From a virus, in IMG/VR virus record IMGVR_UViG_3300042291_001557, positions 36,257-100,256 of that record: DNA of 64,000 nucleotides; one strand, written 5' to 3'. Position 1 is the first letter of the stretch, and each line of letters starts with the position of its first letter. Of the stretch, positions 17,963-26,894 are shown piece after piece. The position numbers were made by a program, and so were the translations under genes. The notes under the pieces are model-generated. The model was not told the DNA's origin. It made no database searches and saw only the letters and a program-made list of their open reading frames with translations.

Positions 17963-18186
17963 GACAGTTCGGTGATTTTTACTTTTACCCGATTGAGAGC
18001 ATTTACTAACTCTTGAATACGAATGTACTCACCAGTGAAATTTGTTCCAGTAAAGCCAACTTCTTCATCAAAAGTTTCTGGGTCAACATTCAAACGAACA
18101 AGAAGCGTATACAGCTCTTTTTCTATTCCGGATTTTGAACTTTGACAAAGTTCAATTTTTTCTGCTTGCGTTAAGTTGAATTCCAT
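17959..18186 (-). CDS. Small helical protein (module B)
   Basis: AGGAG SD; IE..LY......VDPETFD similar to 7975..8223. Confidence 0.6.
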   Translation of the reverse strand: MEFNLTQAEKIELCQSSKSGIEKELYTLLVRLNVDPETFDEEVGFTGTNFTGEYIRIQELVNALNRVKVKITELS

Positions 18187-18194
18187 GATTTCTC

Positions 18195-19805
18195 CTACGA
18201 ATTAATTAATACGTACGCTGCACCCGCGGAGGCAACATAGTTGTCTGAGTCGACCGTTAGTCCTGCGCGAGTATCGTAAGTGATTGTGTTTGCTATTGAG
18301 TCCGTGACGATAAGGATAGCACCGCCGCCACCGGCCCCACCACGTTTTCCATTTGGACCAGCAATCGCTGGCCCTCCTGCTCCTCCTGCCCCTCCTGCTC
18401 CGCCTGGATATACTGTTGGCGCAACATGTGTTGAAACGCTATTGGGGTGATGAGAATGTCTTGCGGTAGTCCCTGAGGGTCCTGCATAAAAAACGGCCCC
18501 AACGCCAACTCCGTTATTGTGATGAGGGTGGTTATTGCCAAAGTGAATATGGTTGTCACTCCCTCCGGCATTACCTATCCAATCCATGTGGTGATTATGA
18601 CCCGTGGTCGCGCCGTGTGAATGGCCACCATGGCTGTTTGGTTTTTGATGATAGTGAGGAAATGGATAATGATGAGTTATCTGAAAATAAGCGTGCCACC
18701 AGTGCGGTTCCCAGTGGTGTGCTCCACCGTGGGGTCCATCGTTGTGGGGGGAATGGTGATGGCCATTGTGGTGGTGATGAGGGGTCGCGTGGTGATGCGG
18801 GGTTCCTCTATGAAAGTGGTGAGGGGTCGAGTGGGCACCATGAGCCCCATGCTTGGCGTCGGTAAGGGCATGAACATGCTCTTGAACGTTTTCGTGTTGC
18901 TGGACGTGCTGCCGAACGCCATGCTTATGCATGTTTGAGTGATTAGTGTAATAGTGATGATGGTCAGGGTTATGGGTTGCGGGATGCGCAACGTTAACGT
19001 TCGGATTGGGGTGTGAGTAAGCAGGGGCGGGTGTTCCCGTACCACCCGCAGTACCCGCAGTACCTGCGCCACCCGCCGTTCCTGCGACACCCGACATTCC
19101 CAGTGAAATTATTTTCCCTGTTCCTACAACCGTTTTAGCTACTACACAAACAACTGCTCCACCTGCTCCGCCAATTCCACTGACTCCGGAAGTTCCAGGC
19201 GTCCCAGCATTTCCAGTTCCACCAGTCCCCCCTCTGCCTCCGACTGCACCAACAGTGTGTGCGTTTGGAGCGTACGAACCAGCCGCTCCTGCTGTGCCTG
19301 GACTTCCTGGAGACGGTGCGGCTCCTGCGGTTGGAGCACCAGCAGTACCTCCAACTCCTCCACCTATGTTTTGAAAACCTGACGGGGTTGGAACTAAGCC
19401 ACCAGCCATCGCATCGATTGACTTAAATAAATACAGCGGGAGCGGATTGCCGCCTGGGTTTGTTCCGCCTCCGCCCACTCCACCAGCGTTGTAGGTAATA
19501 GGAACGGTGTTTGTTCCCACAGTAGTTTTAGTTGTTACTGCGGTCGGCTCTCCAACTACACCTGCAGTAACAGAACCGGAACCAATATAGCCATTTAGCG
19601 TTAGTGTGTTTTTAACAAAAACTCTGTAGCCGTTTGTCTTTAACAAAACTCCCGAGTTTACAGTGAGGTTGTTGTAGTACATATCGCTCGTTATGGAAGT
19701 ATCTGACGAAACAGTAACGTTTCCATCAGTACCCTGACCATAGATGTCGTCGTTACCTAGTCTTTGCGAAAAGCTTTGAGTCCTAAACTTCTCTATGCCA
19801 GCCAT
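18195..19805 (-). CDS. Gly-rich virion protein with an approx. 200-aa His-rich insert (module B)
   Basis: Paralogous N-terminus to 8233..10362; about 50 His in the insert at roughly 18420-19020. Confidence 0.75.
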   Translation of the reverse strand: MAGIEKFRTQSFSQRLGNDDIYGQGTDGNVTVSSDTSITSDMYYNNLTVNSGVLLKTNGYRVFVKNTLTLNGYIGSGSVTAGVVGEPTAVTTKTTVGTNTVPITYNAGGVGGGGTNPGGNPLPLYLFKSIDAMAGGLVPTPSGFQNIGGGVGGTAGAPTAGAAPSPGSPGTAGAAGSYAPNAHTVGAVGGRGGTGGTGNAGTPGTSGVSGIGGAGGAVVCVVAKTVVGTGKIISLGMSGVAGTAGGAGTAGTAGGTGTPAPAYSHPNPNVNVAHPATHNPDHHHYYTNHSNMHKHGVRQHVQQHENVQEHVHALTDAKHGAHGAHSTPHHFHRGTPHHHATPHHHHNGHHHSPHNDGPHGGAHHWEPHWWHAYFQITHHYPFPHYHQKPNSHGGHSHGATTGHNHHMDWIGNAGGSDNHIHFGNNHPHHNNGVGVGAVFYAGPSGTTARHSHHPNSVSTHVAPTVYPGGAGGAGGAGGPAIAGPNGKRGGAGGGGAILIVTDSIANTITYDTRAGLTVDSDNYVASAGAAYVLINS

Positions 19806-19806
19806 T

Positions 19807-20514
19807 TTAAACCAACTGCATGTAATTTACAGTGCCAGGATTCTGTCCAGTTACATCTGTTGTGACGTTTGCAGGAAGACCGGCTGCCGACGAAACCACA
19901 AGGACAACTCCCCCGCCAGCAGGGGCAGTTGCTTTTGCTGAAATCTCGGCCGTGCCGCTTAGTGGACCCGAGATATACCTTGCGGCGACTATTACTATTC
20001 CGCCACCTTTTTGTCCAGCGCCACCGGCTCCACCACGAAGATATGTTGGGCCACCCGAAGCAGTAAGAGAATATCCTAGAACCGCATTTCTTGGTTGCTG
20101 GAAATACTTAGCTCCTCCCAAGGAGTCTAATGGGGCAGTTGCCGTATAGCCAGTTGCTGAACCACCAAGAGAATGAGCAACAGCCAAGGAAGCTACCTGT
20201 CCCTGGAGTATTGAGCCACTGTCCGAATACCCAGTTATGTATCCAATACGGGAAGATGTTCCTAGTGTGAGTATGTTTTTGACAAACAAACGATATCCGT
20301 TTGGTTTTAAATGAATGTTGTCATTAATCGTTAGGTTGAACAGATACAAGTCCGCAACCATGGAATAAACGTTTGATGCCGGAATCATCCCCAAAACAGT
20401 GGATGAGCCATTAAGGGTCGCTGAACCATCAGCCCCAGAACCGTAAACAGAATCGGCAGCATCAATGAATTGCCCAAAAGCATTCAAGGCTGGATAGCGG
20501 GCCACGCCAGCCAT
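19807..20514 (-). CDS. Gly-rich virion structural protein (module B)
   Basis: Close paralog of 10365..11099, identical C-terminal NYMQLV. Confidence 0.75.
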   Translation of the reverse strand: MAGVARYPALNAFGQFIDAADSVYGSGADGSATLNGSSTVLGMIPASNVYSMVADLYLFNLTINDNIHLKPNGYRLFVKNILTLGTSSRIGYITGYSDSGSILQGQVASLAVAHSLGGSATGYTATAPLDSLGGAKYFQQPRNAVLGYSLTASGGPTYLRGGAGGAGQKGGGIVIVAARYISGPLSGTAEISAKATAPAGGGVVLVVSSAAGLPANVTTDVTGQNPGTVNYMQLV

Positions 20515-20888
20515 TATGTCTCTTCTATGCCGACGATTGTGATGTTTACCGAAGTGGCAACACTGGCAAACGCAGTCAGCTGGTCACTGTTTGTAGCATT
20601 TGCTGTCGAACCGTTATTGTTTAAAACCAACGAACAATTGAAAGCCATCGTCTCATTTGCTGCAATTGCAACAGAACTAAGAATGTCATGCGTTGCTACT
20701 TCTGCTACACCTAGCGGTTTGAGTCGCACGGTAACGGTCTTTGCTGCGGACGTAGTATTAGTGAGAATGATTTGCTTTACGACGGTCGTTGTGTCGAGCG
20801 GAACTGTGTAGTAGACAACAGACGTTGCCGACAGTTGCTGTGGCGACGGAGCCCCACTAACATAAAGACGTTTTTGAACTATGGCCAT
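20514..20888 (-). CDS. Small beta-rich virion protein (module B)
   Basis: YTVP..TTTVVKQIILTNT motif. Confidence 0.7.
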   Translation of the reverse strand: MAIVQKRLYVSGAPSPQQLSATSVVYYTVPLDTTTVVKQIILTNTTSAAKTVTVRLKPLGVAEVATHDILSSVAIAANETMAFNCSLVLNNNGSTANATNSDQLTAFASVATSVNITIVGIEET

Positions 20889-21145
20889 TAGAAAACCTCC
20901 ATGGATAAGCGGATGTAGTTATCCCTAACAAGAGAGCTAGGTACATACTGACTTCCGTCATAAGCAACTACCTGGTCAACCGCGGCACCGGCAGTATCTA
21001 TTTGAGCAAGGGTAATAGAACCGTTAACCACGGCTGTTGGAATAGTTATAACCGTCCATGCGTATCCGGTATATTTCCACGTTTTACCAGAGTCTGTAAA
21101 AGTGTCTCCCGTAGTGGGCGAGTTGGGAAAGTCAATAAGAGGCAT
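20888..21145 (-). CDS. Short IDFPNSP-domain protein (module B)
   Basis: MPLIDFPNSP..GD.FT..GKTW.Y....W; ends MEVF versus MEVI in the module A copy. Confidence 0.7.
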   Translation of the reverse strand: MPLIDFPNSPTTGDTFTDSGKTWKYTGYAWTVITIPTAVVNGSITLAQIDTAGAAVDQVVAYDGSQYVPSSLVRDNYIRLSMEVF

Positions 21146-21147
21146 GA

Positions 21148-23892
21148 TTAAGCCTGCGCTTCCGTCCAAGAAAGACGACTAAATACGGTGGCCGACAAAC
21201 TTCCCAAGTTGGTTACCGAGATTATCAACACGTCAGGACCATCCGGATAAATGCCGCTCGATGTGTCAGAACCACCTCCGCCAAGAACGCAGTTTCCCAA
21301 GTCTCGTACCGGGTTTAGGTCGATTGAGTTTGCTCCCGTGCTAACGAAAAACCCACCCGTTACCTCACCGCCAGTAACGGTTGCTCCAGATGTAAAGTTG
21401 GCTACCTGAGCAAGACTTGATGTTGACACAGAAGGCTTAGTCCAGGTTCTTGTCTGGCTTGGCGTTCCATTCAATGTTGCAGTTACTAGCAGGTTGGCGT
21501 TACTAGTAGTTGTTGTTAAGTCAAGAGCACGCAAAATTAACTGCATTCTATTTATCAACTCACGGCTACCAAAAACACCTGAGGTTCCGTTGTCCACCGA
21601 CGGGGACACTCTAATTGCAAGAATTGCGTTAGTTGCTCCTGCGGCTACGGACACACCAGTTGACTGGCCATAGGTAAAAACCAAAGACTTATCATCGTCG
21701 AATCTGCCGTCCATGATGATTGATGTACCCCAGTGGGAGATGGATGGGGCATATGTAGGATAAGCAAGCTCTACGTTGACAGGGTTGGTTGATGAATAGT
21801 TAAACGTAACTGGAGCACCGGCCATGGGAATGGCTGCAACAGTAGGACTTGATGCCGTTACTGCTTGGCTTAGCTCGATTGTTGTCGAGTTAGTAATTTT
21901 GGAGATAAACGTTCCTTCGGGAATGTTTAGACCAGAAAGACGCTGACCAACTTGTAAGTTTGCAATCGACGCCACGGTACACACGTTACTTCCAGTTGAA
22001 ACAGTCAGAGCAAGGCTGGGGTTTCCGGTTTGTGCACGGGTAATCCCAGTAAATGTCGTTTCTGTTTTTCCTGTGTAGTTGATAAATTCCCAACCATACA
22101 GGTTGTTCGACACCACTAATGTTCCAGCAGACGGGAAACCGTTAGTACTCGTAACATAAAGCGTTGTTGCTGACGAAGAAAATGTTTGAGTTATTTCCGT
22201 ATCAGGCGGCTGAGTCATTGATTCGTATCGTCCAGGCAAGTTTCCTGAGCGCATAAACGATTCACTGTTGGTGTTGTTGTTCAACATTTTGTGACAATAC
22301 GTTACGTTTCCATCTGCGGCACGAAGCCCCCATCTGACAGAACCTGCTCCATACCATGAATAGTCAATGTAAAACATTTGCATTTTACTTAAATCAAGAT
22401 TGTATCCGCTAGGGCCTGTGCCGTCGAATTTATCTACGTTCCAATTTGCTTGGGCAATTTTCGTATCTATGGTTTTAGATACGATAACCATGTCAGCAGT
22501 TGCACCTCTATATGCGGGGTTGATTGTCATGTTGGTGTCGCTGGATATGTCCATAACTCTGTATGACTGACCGCGCAAAACAATATAGTCACCTGTTTTT
22601 AACTGTTTAGCAAACCTTGTGGGAAAAGATGCATCGGTTTGGTTTATGTCGCAACTTCCGTTAGTCGCACTAACTTTTCCGGATATCTGAAAAGTTGACG
22701 AGCGCCTTACAGCCCATAGTGTCACTCCGTCGAACTCAAAGAACATTCCGTTTTGTTGGTCAAAAATACCAATTCTGTTTACGCAGCCGTACCACGTGGA
22801 AACCGTAATGTAATACTGCCCGGAAGCCGTTGAAGCACTTGGAACACTTAGTGCTATGTAGGTCAAGGTGTTGTAACCAGTAACCGTATAAACAGTAAAT
22901 GTTCCGTTGTATGCGGTTTCGTTAGCGTCGTGAACGAAAATAGTAGAGCCGGGCTGAAGGTTGTGTTTTTCTTTTGTTTGTACAGTTACTGTTGTTCCGA
23001 CTGAAGTTAGTGAATCCAACTGAAGGTCGGGTTTCAGCAACGTTCCTGAACTCATCTGCACACCCTTACCGGACTGGTATCGGAAGTAACGACGTGTTTG
23101 ACGAATTGCTGATTCGAAGTTTGATGTTCCGTTGGATGAGAAAATTACACCACCATCAAACGGCCTGTGCAAGAACTGAGCCTGCGGCCGTGTGAAAACT
23201 TTTCCAACCGAGAAACCAATTGTGCCTGTTGGAGCTGTAATAACGTTGTATCTAAACGTCACCGCATCTACGATTCCCGTAACGGCAAAAGAACCGTTAG
23301 GTGCGTTGGTTGACGCAGTCAGACCCATTACGGCTATTTCGTTTCCGAGTGACAGTCCGTGAGGAACCGTAGTCACGACAAGAATCGTTGTCCCGGAATA
23401 AGTAACGCTAGATGGGGCGGCACCTATTTGGGCACCGGTATATATTGCCCCAGTAGAGAAGATTGTTTTGTTGGCATCAAAGATGTTGATGACAGTGCTC
23501 GTGTTAACCGCTTTTGCGGTATACGTGAATGAAGTAGAACCGTTCGATGTTTCCACAAGGTAGTTTCCGTTGGCGATAGCAAGAAAGGTGTCCTGAACAG
23601 ACACTGCAGTATTGACTGCAGGCGCTCCACTTGAGCAAGTTACGGTTACTGTTCGTGAACCAGTTGGCTGACTGACTGCTGTTACCGTAGTAATAGGAAC
23701 CTGGGTGTTATAAACAAATGGACGGTTGTTGGTTAAACCAAGGTTTTCCCATTTTGAGATTTGTGTACCGTACTCAAAGTCAGTGTCGATAAGTGCCTGA
23801 GGCTGAGATACACGAAACCTGTTAACTGGGTCAACAAGAACAGGCGTTCCATTGACAATTGTGTCACTAGGCGGAAACTGAGATACACCCAT
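21148..23892 (-). CDS. Large virion structural protein with repeated small beta-sandwich domains
   Basis: RVSQPQALIDTDFEYG.Q..KWE N-terminus; repeated VTT..PHGL..G..I.V.G....NG.F.V....TF.Y units; QMFYIDYSWYGAG lectin-like segment. Confidence 0.7.
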   Translation of the reverse strand: MGVSQFPPSDTIVNGTPVLVDPVNRFRVSQPQALIDTDFEYGTQISKWENLGLTNNRPFVYNTQVPITTVTAVSQPTGSRTVTVTCSSGAPAVNTAVSVQDTFLAIANGNYLVETSNGSTSFTYTAKAVNTSTVINIFDANKTIFSTGAIYTGAQIGAAPSSVTYSGTTILVVTTVPHGLSLGNEIAVMGLTASTNAPNGSFAVTGIVDAVTFRYNVITAPTGTIGFSVGKVFTRPQAQFLHRPFDGGVIFSSNGTSNFESAIRQTRRYFRYQSGKGVQMSSGTLLKPDLQLDSLTSVGTTVTVQTKEKHNLQPGSTIFVHDANETAYNGTFTVYTVTGYNTLTYIALSVPSASTASGQYYITVSTWYGCVNRIGIFDQQNGMFFEFDGVTLWAVRRSSTFQISGKVSATNGSCDINQTDASFPTRFAKQLKTGDYIVLRGQSYRVMDISSDTNMTINPAYRGATADMVIVSKTIDTKIAQANWNVDKFDGTGPSGYNLDLSKMQMFYIDYSWYGAGSVRWGLRAADGNVTYCHKMLNNNTNSESFMRSGNLPGRYESMTQPPDTEITQTFSSSATTLYVTSTNGFPSAGTLVVSNNLYGWEFINYTGKTETTFTGITRAQTGNPSLALTVSTGSNVCTVASIANLQVGQRLSGLNIPEGTFISKITNSTTIELSQAVTASSPTVAAIPMAGAPVTFNYSSTNPVNVELAYPTYAPSISHWGTSIIMDGRFDDDKSLVFTYGQSTGVSVAAGATNAILAIRVSPSVDNGTSGVFGSRELINRMQLILRALDLTTTTSNANLLVTATLNGTPSQTRTWTKPSVSTSSLAQVANFTSGATVTGGEVTGGFFVSTGANSIDLNPVRDLGNCVLGGGGSDTSSGIYPDGPDVLIISVTNLGSLSATVFSRLSWTEAQA

Positions 23893-24197
23893 TACGCTAT
23901 TTCCATTCCACTTATATGAAAGTTTACTGCGACGGAGGAAGCTCCGCCTTTGATTGTTTCGCCGGCTTCAATGACCTGCTTGACGTCAAAAACGGCCATG
24001 GAGTTACCTGCAATTACGATGTTTGGAGACATGACGATGTTGTTCAAAGTCAGGGTGTAGGTAGCCGGAGCACCTGCCGTATTAGCGATGACGATGCTGG
24101 TTACAACTGCCGTCGTGCTAGCGGGGGCAGTATATAGAACCGTAGAAAGCGTGGTCGATGCCACTCCACGAAAAAGAGGTTTTGCGGTGTTAGCCAT
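23892..24197 (-). CDS. Small beta-rich virion protein
   Basis: LYTAPASTTAVVTSIVIANT...VNFHISG.EI. Confidence 0.7.
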   Translation of the reverse strand: MANTAKPLFRGVASTTLSTVLYTAPASTTAVVTSIVIANTAGAPATYTLTLNNIVMSPNIVIAGNSMAVFDVKQVIEAGETIKGGASSVAVNFHISGMEIA

Positions 24198-24215
24198 TAT
24201 TGTCTTTCATAATTA

Positions 24216-25985
24216 CTAGAATGCTCCCATTATAACCGCTATGGCGGCATTGTTGCTTACCGAGTCGGCGCTTACCCACTTGAGACCCGTTGCCTGTGAT
24301 GAATCGGACTGCAAAACATACCCATTCTGAATTGTTGATAAAGCAGCAACGGCACCGCTGCCTATTCCGACAACAATATCACCCTTGACAGCAAGGGGGA
24401 GCGACCCTGCAAGCGTTGCCGCACCCACTTGAACCCACGCACCGCCGTAATAAACAGACAATGTCTGACTGGTTGAGTTGTACCACGCTTGACCATTGGC
24501 AGGGTTTGGTGGAGCACTGCTTCCAGTCACCACGCCGATTCCCGAAGTTCCTATTTCAATCCAGAAACTGTCGTATCTAACGAAAGTCAAACCACTGTCA
24601 GACTCAAACCACAAGTCCCCCTCATATGGGTCCGCAGGAGGCGTAGTGGACACGGTCATCAGCGCCGAGCCAATTCTGTAGTAGTAGGTACCGTCGTTGG
24701 TGTACTCCCAGAGGTCTAGGGTTTCATTCCATCGAAGTCTTACGTCGGCGCTTGAACCGCGGTTAATCTCAATTTCACCCGTAGAAGTAGGGGCCCCTGT
24801 CACGTTTGCGTTAAGGGTGATTTTGTTGTTGGCTACGTCAAGTGTTGCCGTGGTTTGGTTGACAGTGCTACCGGTTACGGTCAGGTTTCCCCCGACCGTA
24901 ACGTTGTTGAAAATTACGTTGTCGTTAGGAGAGACTGCTTGCCCAATGCTTATGGTTGGGCTAGCCGTTTCACCAGTGTTGTTGATAATCGTTACGCCGG
25001 TTCCCTCAGTTAAAGAGGCTACGTAATCTCCTGTTGTATCTGTTCCGAGGTTGATGACATCGTTAACCCAGGCTGTTCCATCCCACTTTAAGTAGTCTCC
25101 AGATGAAGGAGTAGGAACGGTCGTATCTGACAAGTTGTCTAAAGTTGCATTAAGCGCAACCTCGGCCGATGAACCCTCACCAGGCGTATGAGTGACCGTT
25201 ATTCCTGTTCCTTGCGTAACGCCAGAAACATAGTTGCCTGTGGTCTGTGTTCCCAGTGCTACAGAATCGTTGGCGATTAACGTAGCAATAGATACGTTGC
25301 CGCTGAGGTCTGTATTGACCGTTCCGGTAACACTGCCTGTGAGGGCTATTGTTCTTGTGTAGAAAAGCGCTGAAGCAGTATCGGCGTTACCAATTAATGC
25401 TCCACGGAAGTTGGTTGCCTGAATATCTCCCGCAGCTCCCGATATAACGTTTGCCGTATTTACTGCCTGAGGGATAAAGGTGAAATATCCTGTCGAGTCG
25501 TCAAACCCAAAAAATCCTGTTTTAGCTGCTGCTCCAGTGTGCCAACGAAACTCAACACCTCTGTCTTTATTGTCATCGGAAACAAGGGTTGCCATGCCGC
25601 CGATGGTGATGATTTTGTCAGCAGTGAAGTCTGGGTCATTAACCCAACCGGTTCCGTTCCATTTAAGAATGTCACCGGTGGCGATGTTTGTTACGACTAC
25701 GTCTTTGAGAGCTTCGAGGTTTGTCTCAGAGTATTGAGCCATCACAAACGCAGTTGTGGCTACCTGTGTGGAGTTGGTATTTACGGCCGCTGTAGGGGCC
25801 GTAGGGGTGCCTGAGATGCCTTGGGGCATGGTAACGGCCCCACTGCTGTGAATCGTGAATAAAGCGGAACCATCGTGGTCTTTAACTTCAAACAGGGATA
25901 CGTCAGAACCTTGTACTTTTTGAACAACTATTGACTGGTCGTCAATGTTGAATACCGGAGCGGTGTCAAACCTTTTACGAGCCAT
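24216..25985 (-). CDS. Tail fibre protein
   Basis: GTPTAPTA..NST.VATTAFV repeat, L..L.DV......GD.LKW.GT.WVN repeats, GDLWFESD. Confidence 0.8.
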   Translation of the reverse strand: MARKRFDTAPVFNIDDQSIVVQKVQGSDVSLFEVKDHDGSALFTIHSSGAVTMPQGISGTPTAPTAAVNTNSTQVATTAFVMAQYSETNLEALKDVVVTNIATGDILKWNGTGWVNDPDFTADKIITIGGMATLVSDDNKDRGVEFRWHTGAAAKTGFFGFDDSTGYFTFIPQAVNTANVISGAAGDIQATNFRGALIGNADTASALFYTRTIALTGSVTGTVNTDLSGNVSIATLIANDSVALGTQTTGNYVSGVTQGTGITVTHTPGEGSSAEVALNATLDNLSDTTVPTPSSGDYLKWDGTAWVNDVINLGTDTTGDYVASLTEGTGVTIINNTGETASPTISIGQAVSPNDNVIFNNVTVGGNLTVTGSTVNQTTATLDVANNKITLNANVTGAPTSTGEIEINRGSSADVRLRWNETLDLWEYTNDGTYYYRIGSALMTVSTTPPADPYEGDLWFESDSGLTFVRYDSFWIEIGTSGIGVVTGSSAPPNPANGQAWYNSTSQTLSVYYGGAWVQVGAATLAGSLPLAVKGDIVVGIGSGAVAALSTIQNGYVLQSDSSQATGLKWVSADSVSNNAAIAVIMGAF

Positions 25986-26036
25986 TATGTTCTCCTAGTT
26001 GGCTTTCTAGCCAGATTGCGTATTCTTTGTAAGCCA

Positions 26037-26894
26037 TCAGAACGTAACCGTTCCTGTTCCTGCTGTAAAACTATAAACTTTATAACCTGCTGGAGTGGTT
26101 TTTGTGTAAGTTAAACCGGCACTGACAGAAGTCAAGTCAGCATAGGAGTTTGGGTAAGAAATAATAACAACCCCGCTACCACCAGCGCCACCTCCAGCAG
26201 TTTGAAAACCTGTATGTGGGTTTGATTCGCCACCTCCACCTCCACCGCCGCCAAGGTTGGTCCCTCCGGCTGTAGGCATATCTGAGTAAGCGGTACCATT
26301 GCCCCCACCACCTGTACCGCCAAAGCCAAAAGTTGTATAACCGCCTGCACCGCCACCGCCAGCGTAAGTAATAGATGTTCCTGTAATGGAACTTGCAAGT
26401 CCGTTACCACCATTAAGAACTGAACCAGCAGCGCCTGCGCCACCGCCTCCACCACCACGGTTATTATGAATTCCTATTGCGCCGCTATTGCCTTGACCCA
26501 CTGTTCCAGCCCCAGCATTTTGCTGAGAAGGCTGGTTGGTTCCACCTCCACCTCCGCCTCCTGAACCACCGCCTGTTGCAACATCGTTTTGACCACCGCT
26601 ACTACCGCCGCCGATAGAAGTAATGGAACTGAAAACAGAATTTTGACCAGCACCGGAAGCAGAATAACCACCAGCAGGCCATGAGCCCCCACCGATACCA
26701 CCAGCACCGACAGTTACGGTAATTGGAACACCTGTGCTAACACTAAATCCTGTTGCGGTGCGGTATCCGCCTCCGCCTCCGCCTCCGCCTGCACCGCCAG
26801 ATGCTCCTCCTCCTCCCGCTACAACAAGATATTCGACAGTAGATGGAGGAATTCTTTTCATGACTCCGATTAGTCCAGAGATAACGCCAGCCAT
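26037..26894 (-). CDS. Glycine-rich domain protein (fibre tip/adhesin-like)
   Basis: VEYLVVAGGGG...VTVGAGG...GGSGVVIISY...YSFT.GTGTVTF. Confidence 0.75.
   Translation of the reverse strand: MAGVISGLIGVMKRIPPSTVEYLVVAGGGGASGGAGGGGGGGGYRTATGFSVSTGVPITVTVGAGGIGGGSWPAGGYSASGAGQNSVFSSITSIGGGSSGGQNDVATGGGSGGGGGGGTNQPSQQNAGAGTVGQGNSGAIGIHNNRGGGGGGAGAAGSVLNGGNGLASSITGTSITYAGGGGAGGYTTFGFGGTGGGGNGTAYSDMPTAGGTNLGGGGGGGGESNPHTGFQTAGGGAGGSGVVIISYPNSYADLTSVSAGLTYTKTTPAGYKVYSFTAGTGTVTF

Noticed and set aside
18195-19805. Diversity-generating retroelement acting on the variable inserts
   Set aside because: No reverse transcriptase and no template/variable repeat pair seen in the window.
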